NCBI GenBank assembly: GCA_007695365.1 | Contig: REDV01000070.1 | Location: 13,546-77,545 of the forward strand | Length of the DNA: 64,000 bases | DNA from: Cryomorphaceae bacterium | Lineage (GTDB): Bacteria > Bacteroidota > Bacteroidia > Flavobacteriales_D > SKUL01 | Direction: 5' to 3' | In this document: positions 55,057 to 64,000 of the stretch, piece after piece | Numbering within the stretch: position 1 is the stretch's first letter | How the letters are laid out: the number at the start of each line of letters is the position of its first letter | The notes under the pieces: model-generated | Told to the model about the DNA's origin: nothing | Databases searched by the model: none | What the model saw: the letters and a program-made list of their open reading frames with translations, nothing else | Translations under genes and position numbers: made by a program

Positions 55057-56586
55057 ATGCCAGAAATGATCCTCATTCTCGATTTCGGATCGCAATATAC
55101 ACAACTGATAGCCCGTAGAGTACGAGAGCTGAATGTGTATTGTGAAATTCATCCGTTTAACCATATTCCCGAAGACCTCAGCCATGTAAAAGGCGTTATT
55201 CTTTCGGGTAGCCCGTTTTCGGTTCACGATGAAAACGCTCCGCATCCGGACTTGACCCACATCCGTGGTAAAATGCCCTTACTCGGTGTGTGTTATGGCG
55301 CGCAGTGGATGGCACAGCAAGGAGGTGGTTCGGTAAAGCCTTCTGAAATACGCGAGTACGGTCGGGCGAATCTTTCTTTTGTGGATAAGGAGCATGCATT
55401 GATGAAGCACGTAAGTAATTTCAGTCAGGTGTGGATGTCGCACGGTGATACCATTGCTGAACTTCCTTCACACTTCGAAATTGTGGCCAGTACACCCGAT
55501 GTGCGTGTGGCAGGATACCACATTAAGGACGAGGAAACCTACGGAATACAGTTTCACCCCGAAGTATACCACTCCACCGAAGGCAAAGTGCTTCTGCAAA
55601 ACTTTGTTGTAGATATTTGCCGTTGTGCACAGGACTGGACACCTGAAGCCTTTGTAGAAACCACCGTTGCCGCACTTCGTGAGCAGCTCGGCAACGACAG
55701 GGTTGTGTTGGGCTTGAGCGGAGGAGTTGATTCATCTGTGGCCGCCATGTTACTTCATCAGGCAATCGGAGCCAACCTCTACTGCATTTTTGTAGACAAT
55801 GGCCTCTTGCGAAAGCATGAATTTCAATCCGTACTTGAAGGGTACAAAGGTGTGGGGCTCAATGTAAAAGGTGTAGATGCCAGTCAGCAGTTTTACAGTG
55901 CCCTGAGCAATATCACAGACCCCGAAGAGAAACGAAAGGCCATCGGCCGGGTGTTTATTGATGTGTTCGACGAGGAAGCACATGCCATTGAGGATGTAAA
56001 ATGGTTGGGTCAGGGTACCATCTATCCCGATGTGATTGAATCTGTGTCGGTAAAAGGCCCTTCAGCTACCATTAAGTCGCATCACAATGTGGGTGGACTG
56101 CCTGATTTCATGAAACTGAAAGTGGTGGAGCCTTTGCGCTCACTTTTCAAAGACGAAGTTCGAAGGGTAGGAGCAAGCCTCAATATGCCACAAAGCATTT
56201 TGGGGCGTCATCCTTTTCCCGGCCCCGGGCTGGGCATACGTATTCTAGGTGAGGTAACTGCCGAAAAGGTACGCCTTTTGCAAGATGCCGATTACATCTT
56301 TATTGAAGGATTGCGCGAACACGGACTATACGACGAAGTTTGGCAGGCAGGGGCAATACTGCTCCCTGTTCAGTCGGTGGGCGTAATGGGTGATGAACGG
56401 ACTTACGAAAACGCTGTAGCCCTGCGTGCTGTAACCTCCACAGATGGAATGACAGCCGATTGGTGTCATTTGCCGTACGATTTTCTGGCGGCCATCAGTA
56501 ACAGGATTATTAATCGGGTAAAAGGAATTAACCGCGTTGTTTATGATATCAGCTCCAAACCACCGGCCACTATTGAATGGGAATAG
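55057..56586 (+). CDS. guaA: glutamine-hydrolysing GMP synthase
   Basis: [38 protein letters not shown], ...ATIEWE C-terminus. The start could be the second ATG at 55066, given the promoter position. Confidence 0.95.
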   Translation: MPEMILILDFGSQYTQLIARRVRELNVYCEIHPFNHIPEDLSHVKGVILSGSPFSVHDENAPHPDLTHIRGKMPLLGVCYGAQWMAQQGGGSVKPSEIREYGRANLSFVDKEHALMKHVSNFSQVWMSHGDTIAELPSHFEIVASTPDVRVAGYHIKDEETYGIQFHPEVYHSTEGKVLLQNFVVDICRCAQDWTPEAFVETTVAALREQLGNDRVVLGLSGGVDSSVAAMLLHQAIGANLYCIFVDNGLLRKHEFQSVLEGYKGVGLNVKGVDASQQFYSALSNITDPEEKRKAIGRVFIDVFDEEAHAIEDVKWLGQGTIYPDVIESVSVKGPSATIKSHHNVGGLPDFMKLKVVEPLRSLFKDEVRRVGASLNMPQSILGRHPFPGPGLGIRILGEVTAEKVRLLQDADYIFIEGLREHGLYDEVWQAGAILLPVQSVGVMGDERTYENAVALRAVTSTDGMTADWCHLPYDFLAAISNRIINRVKGINRVVYDISSKPPATIEWE

Positions 56587-56587
56587 T

Positions 56588-58375
56588 TTGCGGGCGATTT
56601 TGCTCGTGGCTGTTTTGTTGCTTTCTGCCGTCGCTTTCGGACAGGAAACAAGAAGGGTTGACGGCCAGCGCTATACGGTGCATGTGGTTGAAAAAGGCCA
56701 TACTCTGTTCGCCATCAGCAGGCAATATTCGGTTTCGGTCGAAACCATCCTGCAACACAACCCCGAAGCGCGTGCAGGCTTGCTAATTGGCGACGAGATA
56801 GTCATTCCGGCAAGTGAAGTAGATCGGAAAGCAGCCCGCGATAACCCGCCCGAAATGGACGGAAAGTTTCTGAATCACAAAGTAGAGCGAAAAGAAACGC
56901 TTTTTTCCATCTCCCGAAAATACAACGTGGATGTAAACAGCATCCTTGAGCATAACCCGGAGGCAGATAAGGGGCTGCAGATTGGAGAAACGCTCAGGAT
57001 ATACGTGGGTGATGTGGAGGTAAAAGATGAGCAAATCATTCAGCCGGCCGAGCCCGATAGCCTCTTGCGTCATTTTGTAGAACCCGGCCAAACCTTGTAC
57101 AGCATTGCAAGACAGTACGAAATAAGCGTTGAGGAAATTACCGCTGTAAACGATGGTTTACCCGAAGGACTTAAAGCAGGTATGATGCTGCGCATTCCAT
57201 TGCCAAACCCGGAGTTTGTGATGAATGCACCTGCAAAAGCAGATACCTTGATTGTAACGGATGATTTTCCTGCTCTCACCGGTGCCCGCAGTAGTTACCG
57301 GGTGGCACTGATGCTTCCTTTTTCTGCTGATCTTCAGGATAGTATATTCAAAAATCTCGATCCTACTTCGCCGTTGGCTGTGAATGCACTTACCGATATT
57401 GCTGTAGAGATTTACCGGGGTTTCCGAATTGCTGCCGACTCTCTTGCAGCACAGGGAATGAATGTAGATTTGTATCTGTACGATGTGGGCGAAGCTCCTG
57501 TGGATATCCAACAGGCAATGAGTGATCCGCAGCTCGGACAAATGCATTTGATTGTGGGGCCGCTGCACCGAACAAGTTTTGAGAAAGTCGAAAAATTTGC
57601 AGCCTCCAGAGGCATCCATATCGTTTCACCGGTGGCCAATCAAATGCTTCGAACCAACTACCCAACAAGCTGTGTACTCCACGCCAGTTATCTCGATCAG
57701 ATGAGGTTTCTGGGGCGTTATGTGGCAAGAATGCACTTGAACGACAATGTTGTAGTGGTGGATAGTGACAAGTTCAAAGACCATGACTATCTGCAGTATT
57801 TTCTACAATCTTACCAAGGCAACTTCAGAGGCGACACTATCCAGCCGGTTAAGCTGGATAAGTTCGGAATTGAAAGTGTGAAAAGTAAATTGGTATCGGG
57901 CAAGAAGAACATTATTGTGGTGCCATCTATGGATTTGGGTTTTGTGAGCGATTTGATGAACCGCCTGAGCAATATCAAGTCAGGAGATTATGATTTGGTT
58001 GTGATGGGGATGGAAAAATGGATGGATTACCACAACGTGGATATGCAGTACAAAAACAGATTCAACCTCACCATCCCGGCAACCACCTTTCTGAATTTTG
58101 ACCGCGAGGATCATCACCAATTCACCGAACTTTATGCCCAAGCGTTTAACCGCCCGCCCGGCAATGGCGGATATGCCTTTATGGGTTTTGATGTAGGTTG
58201 GTACTTTCTTGGCGCCATGAAAAAGTACGGCCTTGATTTTCCTGACCATTTCGATACGAATACATACCGCGGCCTCTACATGGGCTTTCATATGGCCCGT
58301 CAATCCAATGGTTGTCGCAACAATCACATCTATTTGCTGCAGTACAATGATTACCAGGTGCAGCCCATTAATTGA
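56588..58375 (+). CDS. LysM-repeat protein with a periplasmic-binding-protein-like C-terminal domain
   Basis: Three LysM units (YTVHVVEKGHTLFAISRQY, HKVERKETLFSISRKY, HFVEPGQTLYSIARQY). The TTG 56588 start gives the signal MRAILLVAVLLLSAVAFGQ. The alternative ATG 56543 overlaps guaA. Confidence 0.75.
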   Translation: MRAILLVAVLLLSAVAFGQETRRVDGQRYTVHVVEKGHTLFAISRQYSVSVETILQHNPEARAGLLIGDEIVIPASEVDRKAARDNPPEMDGKFLNHKVERKETLFSISRKYNVDVNSILEHNPEADKGLQIGETLRIYVGDVEVKDEQIIQPAEPDSLLRHFVEPGQTLYSIARQYEISVEEITAVNDGLPEGLKAGMMLRIPLPNPEFVMNAPAKADTLIVTDDFPALTGARSSYRVALMLPFSADLQDSIFKNLDPTSPLAVNALTDIAVEIYRGFRIAADSLAAQGMNVDLYLYDVGEAPVDIQQAMSDPQLGQMHLIVGPLHRTSFEKVEKFAASRGIHIVSPVANQMLRTNYPTSCVLHASYLDQMRFLGRYVARMHLNDNVVVVDSDKFKDHDYLQYFLQSYQGNFRGDTIQPVKLDKFGIESVKSKLVSGKKNIIVVPSMDLGFVSDLMNRLSNIKSGDYDLVVMGMEKWMDYHNVDMQYKNRFNLTIPATTFLNFDREDHHQFTELYAQAFNRPPGNGGYAFMGFDVGWYFLGAMKKYGLDFPDHFDTNTYRGLYMGFHMARQSNGCRNNHIYLLQYNDYQVQPIN

Positions 58376-59274
58376 TGCCTACTACAAGAGAAATAGCTGA
58401 AACCTATCGCGCATTACAGGACGAGATATGCACCGGCCTGGAAGCACTGGATGGAAAGGGGAAATTTCATGAAGATAGCTGGGATCGACCGGGAGGCGGA
58501 GGGGGTAGAAGCAGGGTTCTTTCCCACGGCGATTTGATCGAAAAAGGCGGGGTGAACTTCTCGGAAGTGAAAGGAGAATTACCCGCTGAAATTGCCCTTG
58601 AATACGGTAGCGCTGAACGAGGTTTCTTTGCAACCGGAGTGTCCATAGTTTTGCACCCCCACAATCCATTTGTTCCCATCATTCACATGAATGTGCGCTA
58701 TTTCGAAATGGCAGACGGATTAAGCTGGTTTGGTGGCGGAATAGATCTGACACCACACTATGTAGAGCCGGAGATGGCAGTGGCATTTCACCGCGGACTG
58801 AAGGAGATTTGCGATGCGTTTCACCCGTCATTCTACCCTGAACACAGTGCATGGGCTGATAAGTATTTTTACCTTGGTCATCGCAAAGAAACCAGGGGTA
58901 TAGGTGGTGTTTTTTACGACAGGCTGAAGCCCGGCGAGCCACTCAGTGCAGACGAGCTCTTTGCCTATTCACTAAAGTTGGGAAGGTCTTTTGTTTCCCT
59001 GTACGCCAACGCGGCTAATCCGGGGCGCAACAAACCTTTTGAGGAGAAGCACAAACAGTGGCAAAAGCTGCGCAGAGGGCGTTACGTTGAGTTCAATCTT
59101 GTGTGGGACAAAGGAACCCGTTTCGGGTTGTTAACCGATGGCAGAACCGAATCCATTCTTATGAGCCTGCCCGAAGAAGCCATGTGGCTATACAATTTTG
59201 AGCCCGAAGTGGGTTCGCCCGAATCGGAAACCCTGCACTATCTTCGCAATCCTCAAAAGTGGATAACTCATTGA
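58375..59274 (+). CDS. hemF: oxygen-dependent coproporphyrinogen III oxidase
   Basis: WDRPGGGGG, GVNFS, HPHNPFVP..HMNVRYF, GGGIDLTP, RGIGGVFYD, YVEFNLVWDKGT.FGL. ATG 58375 overlaps the upstream TGA by 1 nt. Confidence 0.95.
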   Translation: MPTTREIAETYRALQDEICTGLEALDGKGKFHEDSWDRPGGGGGRSRVLSHGDLIEKGGVNFSEVKGELPAEIALEYGSAERGFFATGVSIVLHPHNPFVPIIHMNVRYFEMADGLSWFGGGIDLTPHYVEPEMAVAFHRGLKEICDAFHPSFYPEHSAWADKYFYLGHRKETRGIGGVFYDRLKPGEPLSADELFAYSLKLGRSFVSLYANAANPGRNKPFEEKHKQWQKLRRGRYVEFNLVWDKGTRFGLLTDGRTESILMSLPEEAMWLYNFEPEVGSPESETLHYLRNPQKWITH

Positions 59275-59275
59275 T

Positions 59276-60667
59276 ATGAAGTATAGTTTTGCGCTTGCAC
59301 TCTCAGTCTTATCGTTGGCTCTGTTTGGCCAAATGCAGCCCTTTCAAAAAAAATGGGGCAATGCCGGTTTGAGTGAAAGCGGAAAAGATGTGGTGCAGCT
59401 CCCATCGGGAACCATTTTTTACTGTGGATTTGAGACCATTACTCCTGGCCATATCGCCATGCATCTATCCAGACATAGTGCTGATGGGACGCTGGAACAG
59501 ACCTGGAATTTTGGTCTTTCCGGCTCAATGGTTCCTCTGAGGATGAAGTATGTGGACGGAAATCTGCTGCTGGTAGGATTAGTGCAAGTGCCTGCTGGCG
59601 ATATCAATGGCTTCTTGATGCGCGTGGATACCTCAGGAAATCAGCTTAATTGGTTGAGTTATGGCCTGAGCAACCGCAACGAAGAGTTCAAAAGCTTCGA
59701 TGTGGATGTTGACGGTAATATTGTGGTATGCGGTCATGTGAGTGCTGCCAATAACGTGGGTAATGACGCTGTTCTGTTAAAGTTTACGCCTCAATTCAAC
59801 TTAATTTGGGAGTACACCGAAAGCTATCCCGAAAACGATGTTGCTCATGAAGTTGCTGTGATTGACGGTAATGAATACGTTTTAACCGGCGACAGGCAGG
59901 TGGACAACGGTCCATACAATCTCTATGTGGCCCGTTTTTCTGCAGGAGGAGCGAAACAGTGGGAGTACTTCGAGTTCAATGGTTACAACGGTGGCAGTAC
60001 TGATTTGGTCGTTACTTCGTCCAACGATATTGTGGTGGTTGGCGAATCCGCAGGACCCACATGGGATGCTTTTGAACCCACCTTTGCGCGTTTTACCGGA
60101 AGTGGAGAACCCGTCGTGCAGGTTTATGTGCAAAGCTCACCATTCAGTGACGCCGCTTTTGCCGTGTGCGAAGTTAGCGAAGGTCTTTTTCTGCTCGGAG
60201 GATATGGAAGGAACCCCGAAAACGATTTTGCGAATGTAGATGCCATGGCCATACTTGTGAATGAGGATGGCCAGGAAATCAACAGGCGCTATTATCATTT
60301 TGACAACAACAATGACATGGCCTTTGCTGCCCGTAATGCCATCGGAACAGGATTTCTGCTTGCGGGTTTAACGGGTGACTTTGACCAGGGTTTTTTTCTG
60401 GCCTACGACTTCTTTGATGAATTGTTGAACCTCGGGCAAAATCGTGAAATTCCTTACGTCAGCGTTTATCCAAATCCAGTAACGCGGGGCACATTGCTTG
60501 CATCGGATACGCAATTTCAAAGCGTCCAGATTACAAATATTCAGGGCAGAGTGTATTGGGTGAATCATCCAAATGAATTGATATTCACATATGCTGGATG
60601 GTATCATCTCCGCTTTTTTAACGTACGCAATGAATTTGTTGGTGAATCGCGTGTAATTGTGCGCTGA
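59276..60667 (+). CDS. secreted hypothetical protein (propeller-like repeats) with T9SS type A sorting domain
   Basis: Signal peptide. Repeated G...(V/L)..G motifs. C-terminal VYPNPVTRG.... Confidence 0.65.
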   Translation: MKYSFALALSVLSLALFGQMQPFQKKWGNAGLSESGKDVVQLPSGTIFYCGFETITPGHIAMHLSRHSADGTLEQTWNFGLSGSMVPLRMKYVDGNLLLVGLVQVPAGDINGFLMRVDTSGNQLNWLSYGLSNRNEEFKSFDVDVDGNIVVCGHVSAANNVGNDAVLLKFTPQFNLIWEYTESYPENDVAHEVAVIDGNEYVLTGDRQVDNGPYNLYVARFSAGGAKQWEYFEFNGYNGGSTDLVVTSSNDIVVVGESAGPTWDAFEPTFARFTGSGEPVVQVYVQSSPFSDAAFAVCEVSEGLFLLGGYGRNPENDFANVDAMAILVNEDGQEINRRYYHFDNNNDMAFAARNAIGTGFLLAGLTGDFDQGFFLAYDFFDELLNLGQNREIPYVSVYPNPVTRGTLLASDTQFQSVQITNIQGRVYWVNHPNELIFTYAGWYHLRFFNVRNEFVGESRVIVR

Positions 60668-60729
60668 TTGACGAAACCACCACATGTTACTCTGCGTATC
60701 TTAGCACCCAACAAGCAAACAAGTATTTC

Positions 60730-61263
60730 ATGGACTTAGATGTAATTACCGTGGGTGCACGTGTAAGCCACCCGGTTTTCGGAACAGGAATCGTAGTAGG
60801 TATGAATGTGAGCACCTTCAATGTGTTTTTTAAAGGCGAAGGCGACAAGGAAATATCACGTTCTTTTCAAGGCCTTAAACTGCTGGAACCTGCCGCCGAT
60901 GCTCCTGACAATTCGCTCAGTCTCGACGATGTGCGAAAGGCACTTCGGCAGGTATTGAACGATACCAATGCGATAAGTTATCCTGTTGAAATGGCGCCCA
61001 GGTGGAAAGGCGGCAAGCTCATGATGGTGCCCGCAAACCCTGAACTGCAATCCAAAGAAGTTCCTATCGAAACTTTCTTCCATAAAATCGTCATGATGCG
61101 CGACAGGTTGCGGGTACTGGAGCAAAATATCAACTCACACGATAAACTGGACGACAACGATAAGGTTCATCTGCAACAATACATTACCCGTGCCTACGGC
61201 AGCATGACCACCTTTAACGTTCTTTTTGCAGACAAGAACGACTACTTTTCGGGCAAACTGTGA
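60730..61263 (+). CDS. hypothetical cytoplasmic protein
   Basis: 177 aa. The N-terminal G.RV.HP.FG.G.V motif resembles the small beta-domain at helicase C-termini. The rest is helical. No family named. Confidence 0.5.
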   Translation: MDLDVITVGARVSHPVFGTGIVVGMNVSTFNVFFKGEGDKEISRSFQGLKLLEPAADAPDNSLSLDDVRKALRQVLNDTNAISYPVEMAPRWKGGKLMMVPANPELQSKEVPIETFFHKIVMMRDRLRVLEQNINSHDKLDDNDKVHLQQYITRAYGSMTTFNVLFADKNDYFSGKL

Positions 61264-61271
61264 TACCTTTG
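61264..61271 (+). promoter_or_regulatory. -7 promoter box TACCTTTG for the candidate ncRNA
   Basis: Perfect motif immediately after the stop codon at 61261-61263. Confidence 0.4.
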
Positions 61272-61300
61272 TAAGGCACGCTCTCAATTTGCTGAAAGAC

Positions 61301-61489
61301 ATCCGCACGGACGTAGAAGTTTGAAGAACTAAAAGTCTTCTATTTGGAAAGCTGTTCGGGCTCGTCAGGGCGGGCCTCAACGCGCAATAGCACGTTTTTT
61401 CTTCGGAAAACAAGAGGATTACCGATCCAGTCCGGCAGTTCCACTCATGTTTAATGGGTTTTTCCAAACTGTCGTCCGTGCGGTTTTTT
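61301..61489 (+). ncRNA. candidate rod-shaped structured sRNA (6S-like architecture)
   Basis: 11-bp perfect closing helix CCGCACGGACG (61303-61313) / CGTCCGTGCGG (61473-61483), followed by T6. Second helix AGTTTG/CAAACT, extendable. Roughly 22/22-nt internal bubble. Mid helix GGAA..CTG..CGG / CCG.CAG.TTCC. Apical UUUUC-UUCG-GAAAA hairpin. Own promoter box. No credible ORF. Confidence 0.45.
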
Positions 61490-61518
61490 AGCCCCCGTTT
61501 CTCCTGATTCTAATTGCC

Positions 61519-61526
61519 TACCTTTG
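61519..61526 (+). promoter_or_regulatory. -7 promoter box TACCTTTG
   Basis: Perfect motif ending 4 nt before ATG 61531. Confidence 0.4.
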
Positions 61527-61530
61527 CGCC

Positions 61531-62166
61531 ATGCAAGCACCTCTTGTTATAGCTCCGGAGAACGCTGTTGCCACCCTGCCCGTAATGGAAACGTTTTATT
61601 CGGTGCAGGGCGAAGGTTTTCACAGTGGTAAACCGGCATTTTTTATTCGTCTAGGCGGATGCGATGTAGGTTGCACATGGTGCGACGTGAAAGAGAGTTG
61701 GGATCAATCAAAACACCCCGAACAGTACGTTAAAACGCTCCATGAGCAAGCTGCTCACAGCGGCGCACCCATTGCCGTGATTACAGGAGGAGAGCCCGCC
61801 ATGTACGATTTGAATGAACTTACCCGTGGCCTGGCAGAACGCGGCATTCAAACGCACCTCGAAACATCAGGGGCGTACCCTTTGAGCGGACAGTGGCACT
61901 GGATTTGTTTCTCTCCCAAGAAATTTAAAAAGCCTTTGCCCGAAATGTATCAGCGTGCCAACGAACTTAAAGTGGTGGTGTACAACAAGCACGACCTGCA
62001 ATGGGCCCTGGAACACGCTCAACTCGTAGGTCCCGAATGCAAATTATTCCTGCAGCCGGAGTGGAGCCGAAAAGAGAATGTGATGCCGCTAATAGCCGAT
62101 TTTGTGCGGCTCAATACAGAATGGCGCATTTCTCTGCAAACGCACAAATACATGAACCTGCCCTAA
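61531..62166 (+). CDS. queE: 7-carboxy-7-deazaguanine synthase (radical SAM)
   Basis: FYSVQGEG...FIRLGGCDVGCTWCD (CX3CX2C-type cluster), ITGGEP, and the C-terminal ...LQTHKY.N.P pattern. Confidence 0.85.
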   Translation: MQAPLVIAPENAVATLPVMETFYSVQGEGFHSGKPAFFIRLGGCDVGCTWCDVKESWDQSKHPEQYVKTLHEQAAHSGAPIAVITGGEPAMYDLNELTRGLAERGIQTHLETSGAYPLSGQWHWICFSPKKFKKPLPEMYQRANELKVVVYNKHDLQWALEHAQLVGPECKLFLQPEWSRKENVMPLIADFVRLNTEWRISLQTHKYMNLP

Positions 62167-63999
62167 ATGCTCGCTCGCTCAATTCTTCTTATCGCCACTC
62201 TTGTTGGAGCCCAATTATCACTCTCAGCACAGACCTACACCAGCTCTGACAAAAAGGCTATCAAAGCTTTTGAGGAAGCCTCCAGGTTATTTGAAATGCG
62301 TGAATTTGAACAGGCGATTTTGCGCACAACAAGTGCAATTGAGCGCGACCCAAGTTTTGCTGAGGCCTGGCTTATACAGGCTGATGTTTTTATCGAGTTA
62401 GGACGGATCAGTGAGGCCATCGCATCGCTGGAACAGGCCGTGCAAGTAAACCCCGACTTCTTCCCCAACAAGTATTTCACCCTCGGTATGCTCTATATGG
62501 ATCAGTCGCGCTATGATGCGGCGGCAGGCCAGTTCAGGAGGCTGTTGAAGTACCGTGAGGTGGCACCGCCCATTAAAGAGCGTGCACAACAACAACTCCG
62601 AAATTGTGAGTTTGCGGGAGAGGCCATCAAAAATCCGGTTCCTTTCGATCCCCAGAACCTTGGCGAAGGAGTCAATACTTGGATGGCAGAGTATTACCCT
62701 TCCATTACTGTGGATGGCCAGCAATTGCTTTTTACCCGCGAGGTGCGACAGTCGCCCGAACAGCGTCGCGGACAGGAAGATTTCTTTATGAGCAACTGGG
62801 ATGGCGAAAAATGGGGCCCTGCCGCTCCCATGGCAGATATCAACACGCCCGGAAATGAGGGCGCTCCGGCCATCTCTCCCGACGGGCAAACCATGGTGTT
62901 TACCGCCTGCGATTTGTACGGAAGCTACGGCCCGGATCGGGTGGGATACGGAAGCTGCGACCTTTTTATCACCTACCGCGTGGGTAACGGCTGGGCCAAG
63001 GCAAAGAACATGGGCGACAGAATCAACACGCCCCACTGGGAATCGCAACCCAGCATCAGTGCCGACGGAAGAACGCTCTACTTTGTGCGTGGAAACCGAA
63101 ACCCCGGCAAACGCAACTCCAACATCTTTATGTCGCAACTCGACGAAAAGGGAAACTGGGGCATACCGGAAAAACTCAGCTCAACCATCAATACCGATGG
63201 AAACGAGGAATCTGTGTTGATTCACCCCGACGGAAAAACGCTTTACTTCTCGTCAGACGGGCATCCGGGAATGGGAGGTCTTGATATTTTCGTGAGTCGG
63301 CGAATAGGCCATAACGAATGGACCACACCGCAAAACCTGGGCTATCCCATCAACACTCCGGCAGATGAAAACAGTCTTCTGGTTTCGCCTTCAGGTGAGG
63401 TGGCCTTTTTCTCCAGCGACAGAGCCGGAGGTTTTGGAGACCTGGATCTTTATTCTTTTACATTACCCCCAGATGTGCGCCCCGACCCGGTGAGTTATGT
63501 TCGCGGAACTGTGTTTGATGAAGAAACCCGCCGACCTCTTTTTGCACAATTTGAATTGATAGATATAGAGACAGAAGAAGTGGTGGTGCAGTCTTATTCA
63601 AACAGCGATGACGGACGGTTTCTGGTAGCCTTGCCACTTAACCGACGCTATGCCCTCAATGCTTCCAAAAAGGGATATCTCTTTTATTCCGATCACTTTG
63701 ATTTGCTTGACGCCTCAAATTACACGGACGGCAAAAGTTTGGATGTCCCTTTGAGCAAGGTTCGTGAGGGTGTTACCATGGTGCTCAACAATGTGTTTTT
63801 TGATACCGATCGCTTTGACCTGAAGCCTGAATCGAAAGTTGAACTCGAAAAGCTCATCGCTTTTCTCGAACTGAATGCAGGTCTCAATGCCGAAATCAGC
63901 GGCCACACAGATAATCAGGGAAGCGCCCAGCACAACAAGACCTTGTCGGAGAACAGGGCCAAGGCTGTACGCGAGTACCTGATTGCCGGCGGAATTGAT
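62167..63999 (+). CDS. OmpA-family envelope protein (TPR + TolB-like PD40 repeats + CarboxypepD_reg + OmpA domain), 3'-truncated by the window edge
   Basis: Not in the ORF track. Hand translation from ATG 62167 is open to the window end: MLARSILLIATLVGAQLSLSAQ..., TPR units, repeated (I/V)NT...E..P.(I/V)S.DG..(L/M).F, then NNVFFDTDRFDLKPES...ISGHTDNQGS...N..LS..RA.AV..YL. Confidence 0.85.
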   Translation, partial: MLARSILLIATLVGAQLSLSAQTYTSSDKKAIKAFEEASRLFEMREFEQAILRTTSAIERDPSFAEAWLIQADVFIELGRISEAIASLEQAVQVNPDFFPNKYFTLGMLYMDQSRYDAAAGQFRRLLKYREVAPPIKERAQQQLRNCEFAGEAIKNPVPFDPQNLGEGVNTWMAEYYPSITVDGQQLLFTREVRQSPEQRRGQEDFFMSNWDGEKWGPAAPMADINTPGNEGAPAISPDGQTMVFTACDLYGSYGPDRVGYGSCDLFITYRVGNGWAKAKNMGDRINTPHWESQPSISADGRTLYFVRGNRNPGKRNSNIFMSQLDEKGNWGIPEKLSSTINTDGNEESVLIHPDGKTLYFSSDGHPGMGGLDIFVSRRIGHNEWTTPQNLGYPINTPADENSLLVSPSGEVAFFSSDRAGGFGDLDLYSFTLPPDVRPDPVSYVRGTVFDEETRRPLFAQFELIDIETEEVVVQSYSNSDDGRFLVALPLNRRYALNASKKGYLFYSDHFDLLDASNYTDGKSLDVPLSKVREGVTMVLNNVFFDTDRFDLKPESKVELEKLIAFLELNAGLNAEISGHTDNQGSAQHNKTLSENRAKAVREYLIAGGID

Positions 64000-64000
64000 G

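Noticed and set aside
61135-61467. 110-aa minus-strand ORF covering the candidate ncRNA
   Set aside because: It overlaps the 3' end of the plus-strand gene and the structured region. It has no promoter box and an odd composition. The RNA structure explains the conservation-like features better.
61264-61530. preQ1 riboswitch upstream of queE
   Set aside because: There is no match to the compact preQ1-I/II cores (no CCC..UAAAAAACUA-type element). queE also has its own promoter box downstream of the structured region.
62398-63138. 246-aa minus-strand ORF from the track
   Set aside because: It is fully antisense to a far better plus-strand ORF with clear TPR, PD40 and OmpA motifs. Its composition is Gly/Arg/His-rich and no motif is present.

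Overview
This is a 64 kb chromosomal segment that looks like Bacteroidota. The evidence is four proteins with T9SS C-terminal sorting domains, a bshC gene, no Shine-Dalgarno sequences, and repeated TAnnTTTG -7 promoter boxes just upstream of start codons. I call about 52 protein genes.

Recognisable housekeeping genes are msrB, a DEAD-box helicase, yaaA, an FKBP isomerase, trxB, dps, lemA with an M48 protease, bshC, guaA, hemF and queE. Between them are envelope and secretome genes.

The main points of interest are:
- A tightly coupled operon at 6977-12157 that mixes ECA-type and Arn-type sugar-modification logic. It encodes an ATP-grasp enzyme, an ArnC-like GT2, a sugar N-formyltransferase, an ArnE/F-like pair and a WecE-type transaminase. 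An ArnT/GT39-like transferase lies nearby at 1441-3060.
- A cobalamin riboswitch followed by a TonB-dependent receptor and a beta-propeller lipoprotein (34660-37915).
- A 1885-aa T9SS protein carrying nine 243-bp tandem IPT repeats, including a recent 729-bp higher-order duplication.
- A 1312-aa Lys/Glu-rich helical repeat protein.
- A roughly 300-bp element upstream of a penicillin/AHL-acylase gene, flanked by 18-bp perfect inverted repeats and an 8-11 bp direct repeat.
- A roughly 190-nt rod-like candidate ncRNA (6S-like) at 61301-61489, with its own promoter box and U-tract.

I saw no rRNA, tRNA, CRISPR array, transposase or integrase.

The ORF track omits a real OmpA-family gene that runs off the 3' edge (62167 to beyond 64000). 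It also over-extends several N-termini through TTG/GTG codons.

All family assignments come from reading motifs by eye. No database search or folding program was run.
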